Made by a program: the position numbers and the translations under genes. Below the pieces are notes generated by a model. The model made no database searches and was not told the origin of the DNA. It worked only from the letters and a program-made list of their open reading frames with translations. Below, in pieces: positions 61,572 through 64,000 of a stretch of DNA of 64,000 bases. Source of the stretch: Phoronis australis (taxonomy: Eukaryota > Animalia > Phoronida); NCBI GenBank assembly GCA_002633005.1, contig NMRA01000597.1, forward strand, positions 115,988-179,987, given 5' to 3'. Position 1 is the first letter of the stretch. Each line of letters begins with the position of its first letter.

Positions 61572-63760
61572 CTTGACGCCTAGCTGTGAGGATTTACCTT
61601 AACCAGGCAAATGGGATATTCACGAATGAGACATTCGTCTCACAGCCTCTCGAGGCAAAATCCACAGTTCCTTTTTGCGGCAAGCGTGAGATATGAGCTG
61701 AGCAAAAAAATTTTTCGAAACCCGTACCTCATCGTCTACGTTCTCCTTTAGCTCACGTCAGCGCTCGCATGCTGTGACGATTTACGCTCGCGTCTTGAAA
61801 GAATTGCACTGAAACAACCGAGACTTTCGTCACAGCGCTACGCAAAAGGCAAAATCATCACTTAATTTGGCGCAGACAGGATCGAGTTGAGCTCGTTTGC
61901 ATTCGAAACGCGTAGCTCTGCGTCTGCGCTGGCCGGGCCTTTATTGAAATAGCCTGATGTACTCCATTATATTGGTGTATGTTATCCAGGGGCACTGAAG
62001 TGGCTAGGGTGTACCGCTGGGAAATAAGAATATCCATCCTTTTAGAGAATACGCACGATGAATACCTAACATCCTCTCAGATTCTGAGCAAGACTAAAAA
62101 GGTTGTTGTTCGTAGCTTACGTTCCACAAAATTGCACCCTTTTGATCGTTGACGTTCGTTCTCTTAATACAACCTCTTTGTAGGGCAAAAGGCATTGTTA
62201 TGAATTGAAACATATCCGTAACCTATAAGTAGTATTTGGACTGCAGGTTTATTAGCTTTTAGGCCAACAAATGATATGAACTCAGTGTGGAGCGTCGACA
62301 ATCAAAGTGAATGATTTGTAAGTAATTTAACATTTTCGTAGCAGGGAATTTTGATTGTGAAAAAGACACCTTTTAATTCTGAGAGGCACGTACAGTTTTC
62401 CTCTTCTTGGAAGAACCCCCACCCCCNNNNNNNNNNNNNNNNNNNNNNNNNNNNNNNNNNNNNNNNNNNNNNNNNNNNNNNNNNNNNNNNNNNNNNNNNN
62501 NNNNNNNNNNNNNNNNNACCTCGTTACAACGTTCCCTGTTTACAATGATAACAGCGATATAACGTACAAACTTCCACGTCCCGATTTTACCTAATCCTAA
62601 TGCATGTAAGTGTATACCACTTACTGTAACGTATACATTCGGAAGATCCCTTGGTTGCAACGGAGTTTTAATGTAAATATTCGATGGAACACTCACGTTG
62701 ACAGTAAGCAGCTCCGAAACTTACCGGTAAGACAAGTGAAACAAGCAGGTCAAACCTCAAAGCTTGCGACCAAGAGTACTTTGGGGTTAACCTACCTTGG
62801 ATTTAGTGAGCAAAGTCTACGGAGAAACGTCACGTCCGTGTCCAGCTGCTCAGGTATTCTCACACTTTTTCACGGCCAGTGCTACATTAACACATAGGTG
62901 GCGCTGTAACAGAGGGTATAGGTCAGGGTGTTTCGAGCTCGGGATACACTCCCAAACAACTGCCTTATTGTCGACTTTGCTTTGTAGGAGGGCCATACTG
63001 ATGCGCGTAGAATACAGCGAGGCCTTTCACTAACCGTCGAAAGGGGCACTGAAAAACATACGCTAATCAAAGCATATTTTAGTTTATATTTCCCAGTGGT
63101 GTGATTCTGTCAGCGAAGGTCACTGACGTCAGGCGGCTGCAGCTAACTCTGCCTTGGATTCACGCTGGTAATCTTGAGTCACTAATGATATTCACACTGA
63201 CGTCAGAATGGAATTGAGTAACAAAAAATTTGGGGTACAAATAAACAGTAGGTCATGAGAAACCGACCACTTCGGAATCGGTTTCAGGTGCCGCAATCGA
63301 CCGTTTGCCGGACTCTCCGATCACCCCCCCCCCGGGTTTTTTGCCTTGGTTGACATGGTCGGTCGAGCATCACCCCGCAAAACCCATTGAAGATTTACAT
63401 ATGCCTACCATTACCAAAAATTTTTTAACTATGTTGACTGCCTTCAACCGAACTATTGCTATGATACTTTCACTTGTGTTGGTCCCCGATCTGGCGTACA
63501 CCAGCAAAGAAATCTACAACACTAACTTTTGTTCTGGTAAAAATCTTTTTAAAAATTCTCTGCGAAATGTTTTACCAAACCTTGTGAACAGTCTTCCACG
63601 TTATGTCCTTGACAAGATTGATACACATTGTTTGTTTAGTGTAACAACTAATCAATTAGAAATCGTTGCTTTGATGAGAATTTTCTTGATTGCACTGTTG
63701 CCAACTGCTGTTTGTATTTCTGTGAAATTTGGAATTTAGTTAAGTCATTCAACTGCCGCA

Positions 63761-64000
63761 ATGTACAAATTAGATGAAGTTATACAAACCATCACTTGTA
63801 AGAAAGACGGAACTTCACCAGGATGTGATAAAATTAGCATTGAATTCTACAAGCATGCTGATAAAAAGTTGGTAGATTCTCTGTTGCATCTATACAACTA
63901 CTTAATATTTAAAAATGGTGTGTGTCCAAAAGAATGGACAAAATCCATTGTGGTACCGATATTCAAGGGCGGTGCCAAAATTCCTGAAAATTTCAGAGGA
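63761..64000 (+). mobile_element. Non-LTR retrotransposon (LINE) reverse-transcriptase N-terminal region, open to the window end
   Basis: Translates as DEVIQTI..K..TSPGCDKISIEFYK...LYN..FKNGVCPKEWTKSIVVPIFKGG..PENFRG. It is missing from the ORF track because it has no stop within the window. Confidence 0.88.

Larger units (their letters stand above)
28520..63725. repeat. Tandem segmental duplication: unit A ~28520-48120, unit B ~49109-63725
   Basis: Colinear blocks 28520-33655 / 49109-57740, 33990-35990 / 60875-62420, 43120-43635 / 62520-63045 and 46041-46730 / 63046-63725. Each unit has its own private TE insertions. Confidence 0.9.

Overview
This is eukaryotic, most likely invertebrate, genomic DNA: AT-rich, with spliceosomal introns and scaffold gaps. 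It is a transposon-dense locus built from tandem duplications. Host genes are: (i) two PHYHIP C-terminal-domain paralogs with an unusual C-terminal hydrophobic anchor, one broken (3.8-4.7 kb) and one intact exon (24.3-25.2 kb); (ii) an intronless ~1115-aa acidic repeat protein (7133-10480) made by in-frame self-duplication and lying between two direct copies of one MITE; (iii) two near-identical two-exon IPNS-like Fe(II)/2-oxoglutarate dioxygenase genes on the minus strand (30.3-32.9 kb and 53.9-57.0 kb). Mobile DNA includes a Gmr1-like Gypsy remnant, a complete but decayed Gypsy element (145-bp LTRs, tRNA-Leu PBS, AAGAT TSD) with a nested P-element derivative, and several Kolobok derivatives carrying THAP and P2X7-C-terminus-like Cys-rich ORFs. 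There is also a Penelope fragment with inverted pseudo-LTRs and a hammerhead-like motif, a CACTA-like element, MITEs with 5-bp TSDs that carry a tRNA-like A/B box, and LINE fragments. Three near-perfect tandem duplications joined by a single N are probably assembly artefacts. All family assignments come from motif recognition by eye; no searches were run.
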